A stretch of DNA of 61,767 nucleotides, counting the filler, from Nemertoderma westbladi (Eukaryota; Animalia; Xenacoelomorpha), in assembly GCA_032718475.1 (NCBI GenBank). It is 4 parts of 4 records of this genome, joined end to end, with 100 filler letters (N's around TTAATTAATTAA, not from the genome) between each part and the next. Parts side by side here need not be neighbours in the genome. Positions count along the whole stretch, not along the records: positions 1 to 30,698 come from JAUCBJ010002894.1; 3 more parts are not named here. One strand, given 5' to 3'. Both the position numbers and the translations under genes were made by a program. Below the pieces are notes generated by a model. That model was not told where the DNA came from and did not search any database. It saw only the letters and a program-made list of their open reading frames with translations. Positions 10,482 to 26,209 of the stretch are shown here, in pieces; position 1 is the stretch's first letter, and each line of letters starts with the position of its first letter.

Positions 10482-13400
10482 CTGAAATGGGAGATAAAAT
10501 GCACCGACTGTAATAATTATTAATAATACTATTATAATACTATTAGTAATATTACTTTACGAAAAAAAAACCCCATACATACACAGTACGCTACACATAC
10601 TGTAAGGTGAGTAAGGATAGAATTGAAACAAAAAACAATTGGATTGATATGAATTTGATAAGGTTTCTAAGACGGGTATATCTAAATGGAACCAAAATAA
10701 TAAACGAAGGTTAACCAATATAATTGAGTATCAACAATTCTACACGCTTGTACTAACCGTGGTATACTCTACACGCTTGTACTAACCGTGGTATACTCTA
10801 TGCTTGTACTAACCGTGGTATACTCTATGGTTGTACTAACCGTGGTATGCTCTACACGCTTGTACTAACCGTGGTATACTCTACACGCTTGTACTAACCG
10901 TGGTATACTCTATGCTTGTACTAACCGTGGTATACTCTATGGTTGTACTAACCGTGGTATGCTCTACACGCTTGTACTAACCGTGGTATACTCTATGCTT
11001 GTACTAACCGTGGTATACTCTATGGTTGTACTAACCGTGGTATACTCTACATGCTTGTACTAACCGTTGTATACTCTATGCTTGTACTAACCGTGGTATA
11101 CTCTATGCTTGTACTAACCGTGGTATACTCTACACGCTTGTACTAACCGTGGTATACTCTATGCTTGTACTAACCGTGGTATACTCTATGGTTGTACTAA
11201 CCGTGGTATACTCTACATGCTTGTACTAACCGTGGTATACTCCATGCTTGTACTTACCGTGGTATACTCTACATGCTTGTACTAACCGTTTGTACTAACC
11301 GTGGTACACTCTACATGCTTGTACTAACCGTGGTACACTCTACATGCTTGTACTAACCGTGGTATACTCTACATGCTTGTACTAACCGTGGTATACTATA
11401 TGCTTGTACTAACCGTGGTATACTCTATGCTTGTACTAACCGTGGTAAACTCTATGCCTTGTACTAACCGTGGTATACTCTATGCTTGTACTTACCGTGG
11501 TATACTCTACATGCTTGTACTAACCGTGGTATACTCTACATGCTTGTACTAACCGTGGTACACTCTACATGCTTGTACTAACCGTGGTATACTCTACATG
11601 CTTGTACTAACCGTGGTACACTCTACATGCTTGTACTAACCGTGGTACACTCTACATGCTTGTACTAACCGTGGTATACTCTACATGCTTGTACTAACCG
11701 TGGTATACTCTATGCTTGTACTAACCGTGGTATACTCTATGCTTGTACTAACCGTGGTATACTCTACATGCTTGTACTAACCGTGGTATACTCTACATGC
11801 TTGTACTAACCGTGGTATACTCTACACGCTTGTACTAACCGTTTGTACTAACCGTTTGTACTAACCGTGGTACACACTATGCTTGTACTAACCGTGGTAT
11901 ACTCTACATGCTTGTACTAACCGTGGTATACTCTACATGCTTGTACTAACCGTGGTATACTCTACATGCTTGTACTAACCGTGGTATACTCTACATGCTT
12001 GTACTAACCGTGGTACACTCTACATGCTTGTACTAACCGTGGTATACTCTACATGCTTGTACTAACCGTGGTACACTCTACATGCTTGTACTAACCGTGG
12101 TACACTCTACATGCTTGTACTAACCGTTTGTACTAACCGTGGTATACTCTATGCTTGTACTAACCGTGGTATACTCTACATGCTTGTACTAACCGTGGTA
12201 TACTCTACATGCTTGTACTAACCGTGGTATACTCTACATGCTTGTACTAACCGTGGTATACTCTACATGCTTGTACTAACCGTGGTACACTCTACATGCT
12301 TGTACTAACCGTGGTACACTCTACATGCTTGTACTAACCGTGGTACACTCTACATGCTTGTACTAACCGTGGTACACTCTACATGCTTGTACTAACCGTT
12401 TGTACTAACCGTTTGTACTAACCGTGGTATACTCTATGCTTGTACTAACCGTGGTATACTCTATGCTTGTACTAACCGTGGTACACTCTACATGCTTGTA
12501 CTAACCGTGGTATACTCTACATGCTTGTACTAACCGTGGTACACTCTACATGCTTGTACTAACCGTGGTACACTCTACATGCTTGTACTAACCGTTTGTA
12601 CTAACCGTTTGTACTAACCGTGGTATACTCTATGCTTGTACTAACCGTGGTATACTCTACATGCTTGTACTAACCGTGGTATACTCTACATGCTTGTACT
12701 AACCGTGGTATACTCTACATGCTTGTACTAACCGTGGTATACTCTACATGCTTGTACTAACCGTGGTATACTCTACATGCTTGTACTAACCGTGGTATAC
12801 TCTACATGCTTGTACTAACCGTGGTACACTCTACATGCTTGTACTAACCGTGGTACACACTACATGCTTGTACTAACCGTTTGTACTAACCGTTTGTACT
12901 AACCGTGGTATACTCTATGCTTGTACTAACCGTGGTATACTCTACATGCTTGTACTAACCGTGGTATACTCTACATGCTTGTACTAACCGTGGTATACTC
13001 TACATGCTTGTACTAACCGTGGTATACTCTACATGCTTGTACTAACCGTGGTATACTCTACATGCTTGTACTAACCGTGGTATACTCTACATGCTTGTAC
13101 TAACCGTGGTATACTCTACATGCTTGTACTAACCGTGGTACACTCTACATGCTTGTACTAACCGTGGTATACTCTACATGCTTGTACTAACCGTGGTACA
13201 CTCTACATGCTTGTACTAACCGTGGTACACACTACATGCTTGTACTAACCGTTTGTACTAACCGTTTGTACTAACCGTGGTATACTCTATGCTTGTACTA
13301 ACCGTGGTATACTCTACATGCTTGTACTAACCGTGGTATACTCTACATGCTTGTGCTAACCGTGGTATACTCTACATGCTTGTACTAACCGTGGTATACT

Positions 13401-16159
13401 CTACATGCTTGTACTAACCGTGGTACACTCTACATGCTTGTACTAACCGTGGTATACTCTACATGCTTGTACTAACCGTGGTACACTCTACATGCTTGTA
13501 CTAACCGTGGTACACTCTACATGCTTGTACTAACCGTGGTATACTCTACATGCTTGTACTAACCGTGGTATACTCTATGCTTGTACTAACCGTGGTATAC
13601 TCTATGCTTGTACTAACCGTGGTATACTCTACATGCTTGTACTAACCGTGGTATACTCTACATGCTTGTACTAACCGTGGTATACTCTACATGCTTGTAC
13701 TAACCGTTTGTACTAACCGTTTGTACTAACCGTGGTACACTCTACATGCTTGTACTAACCGTGGTATACTCTACATGCTTGTACTAACCGTGGTATACTC
13801 TATGCTTGTACTAACCGTGGTAAACTCTATGCCTTGTACTAACCGTGGTATACTCTATGCTTGTACTAACCGTGGTATACTCTACATGCTTGTACTAACC
13901 GTGGTATACTCTACATGCTTGTACTAACCGTGGTACACTCTACATGCTTGTACTAAACGTGGTATACTCTACATGCTTGTACTAACCGTGGTACACTCTA
14001 CATGCTTGTACTAACCGTGGTACACTCTACATGCTTGTACTAACCGTGGTATACTCTACATGCTTGTACTAACCGTGGTATACTCTATGCTTGTACTAAC
14101 CGTGGTATACTCTACATGCTTGTACTAACCGTGGTATACTCTATGCTTGTACTAACCGTGGTATACTCTATGCTTGTACTAACCGTGGTATACTCTATGC
14201 TTGTACTAACCGTGGTATACTCTATGCTTGTACTTACCGTGGTATACTCTATGCTTGTACTTACCGTGGTATACTCTATGCTTGTACTAACCGTGGTATA
14301 CTCTATGCTTGTACTAACCGTGGTATACTCTATGCTTGTACTAACCGTGGTATACTCTATGCTTGTACTAACCATGGTATACTCTATGCTTGTACTAACC
14401 GTGGTATACTCTATGTTTGTACTAACCGTGGTATACTATATGCTTGTACTAACCGTGGTATACTCTATGCTTGTACTAACCGTGGTATACTCTATGCTTG
14501 TACTAACCGTGGTATACTCTATGTTTGTACTAACCGTGGTATACTATATGCTTGTACTAACCGTGGTATACTCTATGCCTGTACTTACCGTGGTATACTC
14601 TATGCTTGTACTTACCGTGGTATACTCTATGCTTGTACTTACCGTGGTATACTCTATGCTTGTACTAACCGTGGTATACTCTATGCTTGTACTAACCGTG
14701 GTATACTTTATGGTTGTACTAACCGTGGTACACTCTACATGCTTGTACTAACCGTGGTATACTCTATGCTTGTACTAACCGTGGTATACTCTATGCTTGC
14801 ACTAACCGTGGTATACTATATGCTTGTACTAACCGTGGTATACTATATGCTTGTACTAACCGTGGTATACTCTATGCTTGTACTAACCGTGGTATACTCT
14901 ATGCTTGTACTAACCGTGGTACACTCTGTTTGTATTAACCGTGGTATACTATATGCTTGTACTAACCGTGGTATACTATATGCTTGTACTAACCGTGGTA
15001 TACTCTATGCTTGTACTTAACGCGGTATACTCTATGCTTGTATTAACCGTGGTACTAACCATGGTATACTCTATGCTTGTACTTACCGTGGTATACTCTA
15101 TGCTTGTACTAACCGTGGTATACTCTATGCTTGTACTAACCGTGGTATACTCTATGTTTGTACTAACCGTGGTACACTCTACATGCTTGTACTAACCGTG
15201 GTATACTCTATGTTTGTACTAACCGTGGTATACTCTACATGCTTGTACTAACCGTGGTATACTCTATGCTTGTACTAACCGTGGTATACTCTATGCTTGC
15301 ACTAACCGTGGTATACTATATGCTTCTACTAACCGTGGTATACTATATGCTTGTACTAACCGTGGTATACTCTATGCTTGTACTAACCGTGGTATACTCT
15401 ATGCTTGTACTAACCGTGGTACACTCTGTTTGTACTAACCGTGGTATACTATATGCTTGTACTAACCGTGGTATACTATATGCTTGTACTAACCGTGGTA
15501 TACTCTATGTTTGTACTAACCGTGGTATACTCTACATGCTTGTACTAACCGTGGTATACTCTATGCTTGTACTAACCGTGGTATACTCTATGCTTGCATT
15601 AACCGTGGTATACTATATGCTTGTACTAACCGTGGTATACTATATGCTTGTACTAACCGTGGTATACTCTATGCTTGTACTAACCGTGGTATACTCTATG
15701 CTTGTACTAACCGTGGTACACTCTGTTTGTACTAACCGTGGTATACTATATGCTTGTACTAACCGTGGTATACTATATGCTTGTACTAACCGTGGTATAC
15801 TCTATGCTTGTACTTACCGCGGTATACTCTATGCTTGTATTAACCGTGGTACTAACTAGGGATGTCCCGGAATTCCGTTCCGGCCGGAATTCCGGCTGTT
15901 TTTGCCCGATTCCGGTTCTGGCCGGAATTGCCGGAATGGGGTCAATTCCGGCCGGAATTTTACCGGAATTACCAGGTTCCTTACTAGTTTGATAGTTGCA
16001 ATTAGTTTGTTAAATTATTATCAACATTTATATATTTTTTAAACATTATTACCAATTATATCGTTTAAGATACTTTTCAACACTTGTAAAAAAAGTATAG
16101 TTTTTTTCGACCGTTAGAGCTCTAACATTTAAGGATGAAAGACATAGATGCCCCCTGGT

Positions 16160-16272
16160 TAGTCCCTTCAAACCATTCGTGCCGAATCGAAAACTGCCTT
16201 GGACCACATGCGGGGATCGAACCCACGACCTCCAGAGAGATGGGAATTCAATGCAACCACTACACCAAGGTG
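16160..16272 (-). mobile_element. tRNA-derived SINE-like fragment inside the hAT element
   Basis: B-box-like GGTTCGATCC followed by TTCGGCACGAAT...GACTAA, also present at about 24070-24150. Confidence 0.5.
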
Positions 16273-16515
16273 GAACCTAAATAACCTATTTAACGAGGGA
16301 AAATTCACAGCCACCCCGTTTATTACAGTGAATGCAGTCTTGATGGGTATGTAACACATTACCAAAAAAATTCACCTGGTAATCAAAATAAAATGGTCCC
16401 ACCATCTGTTACACCACTTATAGTATTCATATACAATTCTAAATAACCCTTTTAATTTACATTAACTAATTAAACCCTTTGACGTTCTGAAGATATTTTA
16501 TGAAATGCATCATTA

Positions 16516-16861
16516 GGCCCGTGCTCCACTGGTAAGTCGTAAGTCGCTTAGTCAGAATGTCAAAATGAATGGCTCCTGGCTCCATTGGTAACACAGGTCA
16601 TAAGTCAATTGATAAAAAATATAAAATGCGTGTCTCACATTTACTGCATATTTATACCCAAAGTAACCAATCACAGGCATCTTGGCGGATATAACACATG
16701 ATTCATTGTCAAAAGATGGAACATGGGACATAATCACTTTCGACTCATAGGTCGTAACTTACGATTTACCAGTGGAGACGCTCAATTGTCAAATTTCAAT
16801 TGTCAAAAGATGGATCATGTCTGACTAAGACTACATAAGACTTAGCAGTGGAGCACGGGCC
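16516..16861. mobile_element. MITE nested in the hAT element
   Basis: 16-bp inverted termini GGCCCGTGCTCCACTG / CAGTGGAGCACGGGCC; no clear TSD. Confidence 0.65.
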
Positions 16862-19704
16862 GTCACGGGTGGTTTTTCTCAATTTGCTTATAAAATGACG
16901 TTTTTTAGATTGATTTTACATTACTTTACATTAAATTTATATTATTTTACTTTGAATTATTAATTATGATAATATTATGATTGGTATAGTCCAACGTAGT
17001 AGTCCAACGTACGTTATTACAATACATACATGCATGTCACTGTAATATGCTCCTTTCCCTTAAAGACACCAGGATATTGCACCAAAGGACCTAATGACGC
17101 GAAACCATAGGTTTTTGGTTAACGTAGGTTCTTAGGTATGAGTCTAAAGGCTAAAAACCTAACCTTTGGCCAAAGTTATAGATTTTAGAAAAAAATTATA
17201 TTGAATTCCCTGTCGTTCAATGCCGAAGTACCATCCCGTCCCCATAATAGGCCATAACGGGCCAGGCCATTCTCCACTCCACCCACCTTAATCCCCCCCA
17301 AGGTTCTGATTCATCTCATTAACAAACTTAGCTGTAGAAATTAAAAAAATCCATTTGGTTCACAAAAAATTATAAAGTTTCATGGGTCATTTAGTGTATT
17401 TCATTAATTATAGAAAATTCCGGTTCCGGCATGTTGAATTCCGGTTCCGGTTCCGGCCGGAATCAAAATATCGATTCCGGGACATCCCTAGTACTAACCA
17501 TGGTATACTCTATGATTGTACTTACCGCGGTATACTCTATGCTTGTACTAACCGTGGTATACTATATGCTTGTACTAACCGTGGTATACTCTATGCTTGT
17601 ACTAACCGTGGTATACTCTATGCTTGTACAAACCGTGGTACACTCTACATGCTTGTACTAACCGTGGTATACTATATGCTTGTACAAACCGTGGTATACT
17701 CTATGCTTGTACTTACCGTGGTATACTCTATGCTTGTACTAACCGTGGTATACTCTATGCCTTGTACTTTCCGTGGTATACTTTATGCTTCTACTAACCG
17801 TGGTACACTCTACAGTATACATGCTTGTACTAACCGTGGTATACTCTATGCTTGTACTAACCGTGGTATACTCTATGTTTGTACAAACCGTGGTACACTC
17901 TACATGCTTGTACTAACCGTGGTATACTCTATGCTTGTACTAACCGTGGTATACTCTATGTTTGTACAAACCGTGGTACACTCTACATGCTTGTACTAAC
18001 CGTGGTATACTCTATGCTTGTACTAACCGCGGTATACTCTATGCTTGTACTAACCGTGGTAAACTCTATGCCTTGTACTAACCGTGGTATACTCTATGCT
18101 TGTACTAACCGTGGTATACTCTATGTTTGTACAAACCGTGGTACACTCTACATGCTTGTACTAACCGTGGTATACTCTATGCTTGTACTAACCGTGGTAT
18201 ACTCTATGCTTGTACTAACCGTGGTATACTCTATGCTTGTACTAACCGTGGTATACTCTATGCTTGTACTAACCGTGGTATACTCTATGCTTGTACTAAC
18301 CGTGGTATACTCTATGCTTGTACTAACCGTGGTATACTATATGCTTGTACTAACCGTGGTATACTCTATGCTTGTACTTACCGTGGTATACTCTATGCTT
18401 GTACTAACCGTGGTATACTTTATGCTTGTACTAACCGTGGTATACTCTATGTTTGTACAAACCGTGGTACACTCTACATGCTTGTACTAACCGTGGTATA
18501 CTCTATGCTTGTACTAACCGTGGTATACTCTATGCTTGTACTAACCGTGGTATACTTTATGCTTGTACTAACCGTGGTACACTCTACATGCTTGTACTAA
18601 CCGTGGTATACTCTATGCTTGTACTAACCGTGGTATACTCTATGCTTGTACTAACCGTGGTATACTCTATGCTTGTACTAACCGTGGTATACTCTATGCT
18701 TGTACTAACCGTGGTATACTCTATGCTTGTACTAACCGTGGTATACTCTATGCTTGTACTAACCGTGGTATACTATATGCTTGTACTAACCGTGGTATAC
18801 TCTATGCTTGTACTTACCGTGGTATACTCTATGCTTGTACTAACCGTGGTATACTTTATGCTTGTACTAACCGTGGTATACTCTATGTTTGTACAAACCG
18901 TGGTACACTCTACATGCTTGTACTAACCGTGGTATACTCTATGCTTGTACTAACCGTGGTATACTCTATGCTTGTACTAACCGTGGTATACTTTATGCTT
19001 GTACTAACCGTGGTATACTATATGCTTGTACTAACCGTGGTATACTCTACACGCTTGTACTAACCGTGGTATACTCTATGCTTGTACTAACCGTGGTATA
19101 CTCTATGTTTGTACAAACCGTGGTACACTCTACATGCTTGTACTAACCGTGGTATACTCTATGCTTGTACTAACCGTGGTATACTCTATGCTTGTACTAA
19201 CCGTGGGATACTCTATGCTTGTTCTAACCGTGGTACACTCTATGCTTGTACTAACCGTGGTATACTCTATGGTTGTACTAACCGTGGTATACTCTACATG
19301 CTTGTACTAACCGTGGTATACTCTATGCTTGTACTTACCGTGGTATACTCTATGCTTGTACTTACCGTGGTATACTCTATGTTTGTACTAACCGTGGTAT
19401 ACTCTATGTTTGTACTAACCGTGGTATACTCTATGCTTGTACTAACCGTGGTATACTCTACATGCTTGTATTAACCGTGGTATACTCTATGCTTGTACTA
19501 ACCGTGGTATACTCTATGCTTGTACTAACCGTGGTATACTCTATGCTTGTACTAACCGTGGTATACTCTATGCTTGTACTAACCGTGGTATACTCTACAT
19601 GCTTGTATTAACCGTGGTATACTCTATGCTTGTACTAACCGTGGTATACTCTATGCTTGTACTAACCGTGGTATACTCATACTCTATGTTTGTACTTTAC
19701 TTAC

Positions 19705-19807
19705 CGCGGTATTATCTCCAAAGCTCGCGCAACACTAGCTATAAGTAACTGCTGCTTTCCGCAAATAGACCGTGAATGGTCTCGGAGATATTTGCTCAAT
19801 TCCATTT
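19705..19807 (-). CDS. CCT7: CCT7 internal exon (not in ORF track in this frame)
   Basis: ttttttcag acceptor, (E)[33 protein letters not shown](R), GTAAGT donor; the split codon CG|A joins the 10481 exon to give [14 protein letters not shown]. Confidence 0.93.
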
Positions 19808-21137
19808 CTGAAAAAATGCAATAAAATAGTTAATACTATAAAGTAATTCCAAAAAATTTCTGTAGGGGTTATAGTGAGCCCCCTTAAAGCTGACTGGTCC
19901 CTGTAGGTATTTAGCAATTTTGATCGGTTCTTGGAAATGTGTTATTTATTTGCTGTAGGGTAGGTTTCGCAGGGTACTTATCTTTACTGGACTTGCTGAG
20001 AAATATAACACACCAAAAGTGTGGGGCTTAGTAATTAATTTAGTGCAAAGATATAATATTTCTGATCTATATTTGGACTTGCTGAGAAAGTAATGTTCTT
20101 CGATAAGAGAACAGTCTCGGAAATAAGCACTTTTTGTCACTAATTTTAATTTACCCAAATTCAATTATGCTGTCTGAGTGTTTTAGGTTTTGCAGGAATT
20201 GCACCTAAAATGCCATCGAATGCAAAATGCAATACACGAGGGCAGAACATCTGAATTTCGGTTAAATTAAATTACAGTAGTGACAATAAGTTATTTCTGA
20301 CACGTTTATTTTTACCAACAACTATTTTATCTACAACAAATTTATCCTTTTTTTTTATCTATTAGAGCCTACATTAATAAAACTCGTTTCCGATGAAAAA
20401 AATTAATTTCGCACTCCCATCTTCAGGCCGTACATTAACGACCTTGATTTACGATGTACAGTATTTCCAGTATGCAGGAATGTCACCACGTCATTATTTA
20501 GTTGTTTTAGAAAGTTTTAAGTTCCTAACTACAAATAATTCCCCACAAATAAATAAAATTAAATTCTCCATTGTCTCACTTTAATGTTTTACTGCCCATG
20601 TTTTATTATTTCCCTGCCATCAGGTCTTGAACTAATAACACAAGCAGCTGTCGGTCGATTGAGCTACAATTTTGCAATTTCTACCACAAATCTAGTGATA
20701 GGAAGTAGTCGAAAGATGCACTTTTGATCTGTTTTCTAGAAATTTTAGTGAGAAAAAATGTGGACTTTTCAGATAAAAGTAATTTTTTCACAGGAATGAC
20801 TCGCTGAGAAAAAATGGCCCGTATTTTCGTCTGGCTCTAAGGCACGTGCCTTATATGCCTTAAGGTTAATCCGACACTGCCCTATCTGGTGTTAATAGTT
20901 CATATACGATGCACCTGGCATCTGCTTCTTTGAGGAATTCAATTATTACCCAATACTAGTAGGGGGTAAAGTGTAAACCACATACAGACATCAATATCGT
21001 ATGTCTTTTTATTTATTGCTGTTTGTTATTACCGTACCTACCTACTACTGTATGTTAATAAACTGTACCAGTCATTCCAGTGCTGCAGTGTCAGTACGAA
21101 TTAATATAGTGCCGTACCGTACCGATTATCACTAGTA

Positions 21138-22265
21138 ATGGCTATGACGCCGCTAAACTTATGTAGAAGAGTATGGGTATCGCGACCGTTAATAAACCCG
21201 ACGCGACTACTCGGTACCACGGTTACGGCGCGAGCCGCATTGAAAGAGATGCGATGTCGGGACGCTCTGAACCTCGCGATGGAAGAAGAGATGCGTCGAG
21301 ATGAGAGAGTCGTGATAATGGGAGAGGAAGTGGCCCTGTACCACGGGGCCTACAAGGTAACCCAACATCTACACGACAAATTCGGGGATAAACGAGTCAT
21401 AGATACACCGATAACCGAGATGGGATTCGCGGGGATTGCCGTAGGGGCGGCGTTCAACGGGATGCGACCGATCTGCGAGTTCATGACGTTCAACTTCGCG
21501 ATGCAAGCCATCGACCACATCGTCAACTCGGCCGCCAAGACCCTGTACATGTCGGGCGGGTTGGTCAACTGCCCGGTGGTGTTCCGGGGTCCCAACGGCA
21601 TGTCAGCCGGCGTCGCCGCCCAACACTCTCAATGCTTCGCATCCTGGTACGGGAACATACCAGGTCTCAAGGTAATCGCTCCCTACTCATCCGAGGATTG
21701 TAAAGGGTTACTGAAGGCCGCGATTAGAGACGACAACCCTGTGGTCTTCCTTGAACACGAACTCATGTACGGAGTTAGCATGCCAATGTCGCCGGAAGTA
21801 GAGAGTGAGGATTACGTCGCACCCATAGGGAAGGCTAATATAGAACGAGAAGGATCCGATATAACGCTGGTCTCATTTAGTCGTTTAGTGGGTTTCTGTT
21901 TGGAAGCGGCGGAACTTCTCTCTCGAGACGGAATATCCGCTGAGGTAATTAATCTGCGGACGATACGACCTATGGACGACGAGTCCATCATCAACAGCGT
22001 GAAGAAGACCAACCATTTGGTGACCGTGGAGGGCGGGTTCCCCCAGTCCGGGGTCGGTGCAGAGATCTGCGCCCGGGTCATGGAATCCGACGCCTTCGAC
22101 TACCTAGACGCGCCTGTGCTGCGGGTGACCAGCGCCGACGTTCCGACTCCATACAACCAGGGGTTGGAGTTCACTTGCAACCCGCAGGTTGAGAATATCG
22201 TGCGGACTGCTAAACACTCGCTCAGTGTGCAGATAGGCGCATCAGCACAACAACACACCGGATAG
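21138..22265 (+). CDS. PDHB: Pyruvate dehydrogenase E1 beta subunit, mitochondrial; intronless CDS
   Basis: Arg-rich presequence, [55 protein letters not shown]. Confidence 0.97.
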   Translation: MAMTPLNLCRRVWVSRPLINPTRLLGTTVTARAALKEMRCRDALNLAMEEEMRRDERVVIMGEEVALYHGAYKVTQHLHDKFGDKRVIDTPITEMGFAGIAVGAAFNGMRPICEFMTFNFAMQAIDHIVNSAAKTLYMSGGLVNCPVVFRGPNGMSAGVAAQHSQCFASWYGNIPGLKVIAPYSSEDCKGLLKAAIRDDNPVVFLEHELMYGVSMPMSPEVESEDYVAPIGKANIEREGSDITLVSFSRLVGFCLEAAELLSRDGISAEVINLRTIRPMDDESIINSVKKTNHLVTVEGGFPQSGVGAEICARVMESDAFDYLDAPVLRVTSADVPTPYNQGLEFTCNPQVENIVRTAKHSLSVQIGASAQQHTG

Positions 22266-24019
22266 TCAATGCTAATTGCGAGTCTTAGATTATTTAATAC
22301 TATAGTTTTCGGCTATTCATACTGAGTTTTATGAATTATTTAGTTTGAACTTATTAGTGTAGTTTTTTTTTGATGCGTTGGAATGGAAGTTTTTGTACTT
22401 AATATTGTAAAATATAATATTACTGTTAGATTTGAATAGCACAAGGCCACTTGCCATCTTTGTAATGTTCATTTTATAACCATATAGAATACAGAATGGT
22501 GATCCCATAACATTGCCCTAGAAAGAATATACAAGCTTTTTTAGCTTGGGCACCTGTTTGACAAGACAATACATTTTATTATTGAGCTGATGTATCTCTT
22601 CTGAGGAATTGGTTCAGCAGAATGGTTTGAAATTTTGAAATAAAATATTTAAGTTCCCAGAAATATTCAAAATGAAAAATGTTATTTTTAAAAATTAAAA
22701 AAAACGAGTATTTTGGCATTTTGTGTGATGTAACTTTTGCAATAATTTTTAATCCTCAATTTGGTCCAGTGGTTCCAGAGAAACAAAAAATAAAATAAAC
22801 TTAAAATAAAGTAAAGGCTTCATTCAAACCTTTCCGCCAATTTATGTTAAATGGAGGGATAATTAGGCTATTATTCAAACTATATTTAAAAAAATAATGA
22901 AGAATGCTAATTAACTAAAATCTTCGATATGGGGGGGGGGGGGGGGGGGGGGGTTTCCTGGTCGGTGATTTCATTCCTGATGTCTGTTTTGAGGGCGACG
23001 GATTCTAGACTGTCTATCTGTTCGTCTGTCGATCTGTCTGTCAAAATTTAGGAAAGCACACGAGTTCGCTAAAATTTTAGCTTAAGAGGTTTTCCCGGTC
23101 GGTGATGCCATTTATAAAGACAGTATTCAAATATGATGGAGTATACCTGTCGGTCTGTCCGTCAAAATGAAACAGACAGATAATATAGTATCCCGTTGTG
23201 CATACAATCCCGTTAAGGCAGACATTCTAGAATCCATCAAACATTAAAACTGACATTTAGAAATGAAATTACTGAACAGGACAATTCCTTACAATGCGTG
23301 TGCTTTATTTTATTTTCTGTCTCTTTAATTTTATAAATAATTATATTAATTCTTTAATTTTGACCGACTGACAGACTATAACTCGAGAACTAAAAGAGAT
23401 CTCGCCATGTCGTTTTCAGTTTCGAAATCGGCATTAAATTTTGTTTCAAAATTAGTAAAAAAAATTGTATCAAACAGATACAGGAATATTAATTCAGTTA
23501 GGAGGGTCCTTAACATGAAAGTGTTTATGAGGCCCAAAGCGGAATTATCACATTATGGGCTATTGTCTATGCAGTTATACACACTTACAATACTTACATA
23601 CATCGGTCAGACCACTGATGCATTACCGGTCGGCCCCGCAACGAAACACCTACCGATGATAGGTGATAGGAGAACCCTGCGTAGCATCCGTTTGTCGTAC
23701 CGCCAGGGGATCTATCGCCTTTTGCAGTAAGAGCCAATTAGGGGCTGCCATAGCAGCAAAGACACTACTGCTGCCCGGAATAACTTTAATTAAGTCTGTT
23801 TAGTATGAGGACTGCCTGTCAGCGATTACATGATATTATTGACCTAGACACACATGTCTACCAAATAGTGACAGTAAGATATGGTGGAGACTGCTGAGCT
23901 GACGGACAATTAACGAGACGATATATTAATTCGGTAAGTAAATAACTCGTCTCGGTGAATGAGACAATGATATCAAGGAGGCAAGTTATGACAATGCAAA
24001 ACTCGTATTAATGGTGTTC

Positions 24020-24225
24020 CACCTTGGTGAGTAGTTTAATTAATCCGTTGCTTAAATTCATATTTCTTAATTTAGAGGTCGTGAGTTCGAGCCCCACAAT
24101 GTGTCCAGACGAGTTTCCATTTCGGCACGAATCCTTTAAAGTGACTAAACAAGGCGGCATGCATCCTTTCTTCTGTGGAGCATATTATAGTTTTGGGTGG
24201 AACACGCTGGAAATAAGTCGTTAGT
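24020..24225 (+). mobile_element. tRNA-derived SINE-like copy (boundaries approximate)
   Basis: GAGGTCGTGAGTTCGAGCCC B-box-like motif plus body similarity to 16160-16272. Confidence 0.45.
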
Positions 24226-25177
24226 TAGTAGTTTTTTTGTAATCGGCTCATATTTGCATATCTTGGATAGCGTTCAAATTGATTGCGCCAAGAGCACCCT
24301 CACCACTTCTCTGTAGGCTGTAGCAATGCGTCCGACAGGCGAACTGAAGCTAATCTGTATGTATAATGTAAACTTGTTTTCATAGATCAGCCTTACAGAG
24401 TTTACTTGAGTTTCAAAGAAAAATTTAACAGTTAAAATAGTGGATGCTTAGCTCACTAACTTTGTGGATCGCCCAATATACGAAAGTGTGTGCTATAAAT
24501 TTGTAGCTGTGTTGCTTTTTGGGTTGTTTTGTAGCTGGGTTGATTCCACTGGCTGGAGAATACATGAGCTAACTCTTTTTGCGTTTACGGTATCCCTCCC
24601 ACAAAAACATCGTATTAGAACATGAGCAAGGCGACCCCCCCCCCCCCCACACGCTCTTCCTAAACCAGAGGCCTTATCATAAAAAGGCTTTACCGACCAA
24701 CGCCCACACCCCCCCCCCCCCCACCACCTCCCTTCTGAACTGCAGCCATCTAATTATTCCCTCACAGTGCCCATTATTAAATAATAAGATACTTGTTATT
24801 TTTAGTGAAGATTAAACAAAGGATTATATTATTTACCGCTAACATTAAATATTGTTTTAAATATATACATCACCTGATAATGAAAACGTGACTATTAAAT
24901 AATCAAAATGAAGGTGGTTTAATCAACGAGCAATTAGTGTAGCTATACAATAATTGGGTTTTTAATCGGAAATATTATGTAAAAATACCTACAAAACGCA
25001 CAAATTTTATAAGTTATTGATTGATGGGTTTGTGTAGAAAGTACAAGCACAAATGTGAGCTATATTCATTTGAATTCTAATTGTAACACCTATACATTAA
25101 AGGCTATGCTGACACTCTGAGATCACAACAATAGGCTAATCTACAAGAGTTAACCAGTCTACTAGTTCTCCTTCCAT

Positions 25178-26209
<1,032 letters not shown>

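Larger units (their letters stand above)
15857..17490. mobile_element. Non-autonomous hAT-family DNA transposon
   Basis: 17-bp TIR TAGGGATGTCCCGGAAT, 8-bp TSD GTACTAAC (15849-15856 and 17491-17498), subterminal TTCCGG repeats, no transposase ORF. Confidence 0.92.
10739..19712. repeat. Intronic minisatellite of 27/29-bp units (ATGCTTGTACTAACCGTGGTATACTCT[AC]), roughly 260 copies, derived from the CCT7 exon/donor junction
   Basis: Continuous array filling most of intron 10482-19704, interrupted by a hAT element; copy number estimated from length. Confidence 0.97.

Noticed and set aside
14112-19474. ORFs of repeated MLVLTVVYS / CTNRGILYA / STSIEYTTV
   Set aside because: They arise from the 27-bp period and break wherever a 29-mer occurs.
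10739-19712. CRISPR-like array
   Set aside because: Units are head to tail with no unique spacers, there are no cas genes, and the context is a eukaryotic intron. The same holds for the other arrays.
570-19712. Functional link between the LTR element RT and the neighbouring array
   Set aside because: No shared sequence seen. The element is self-contained and the array is explained by the CCT7 junction.
24060-24100. tRNA gene
   Set aside because: Only a B-box-like motif and no full cloverleaf; better read as a SINE head.
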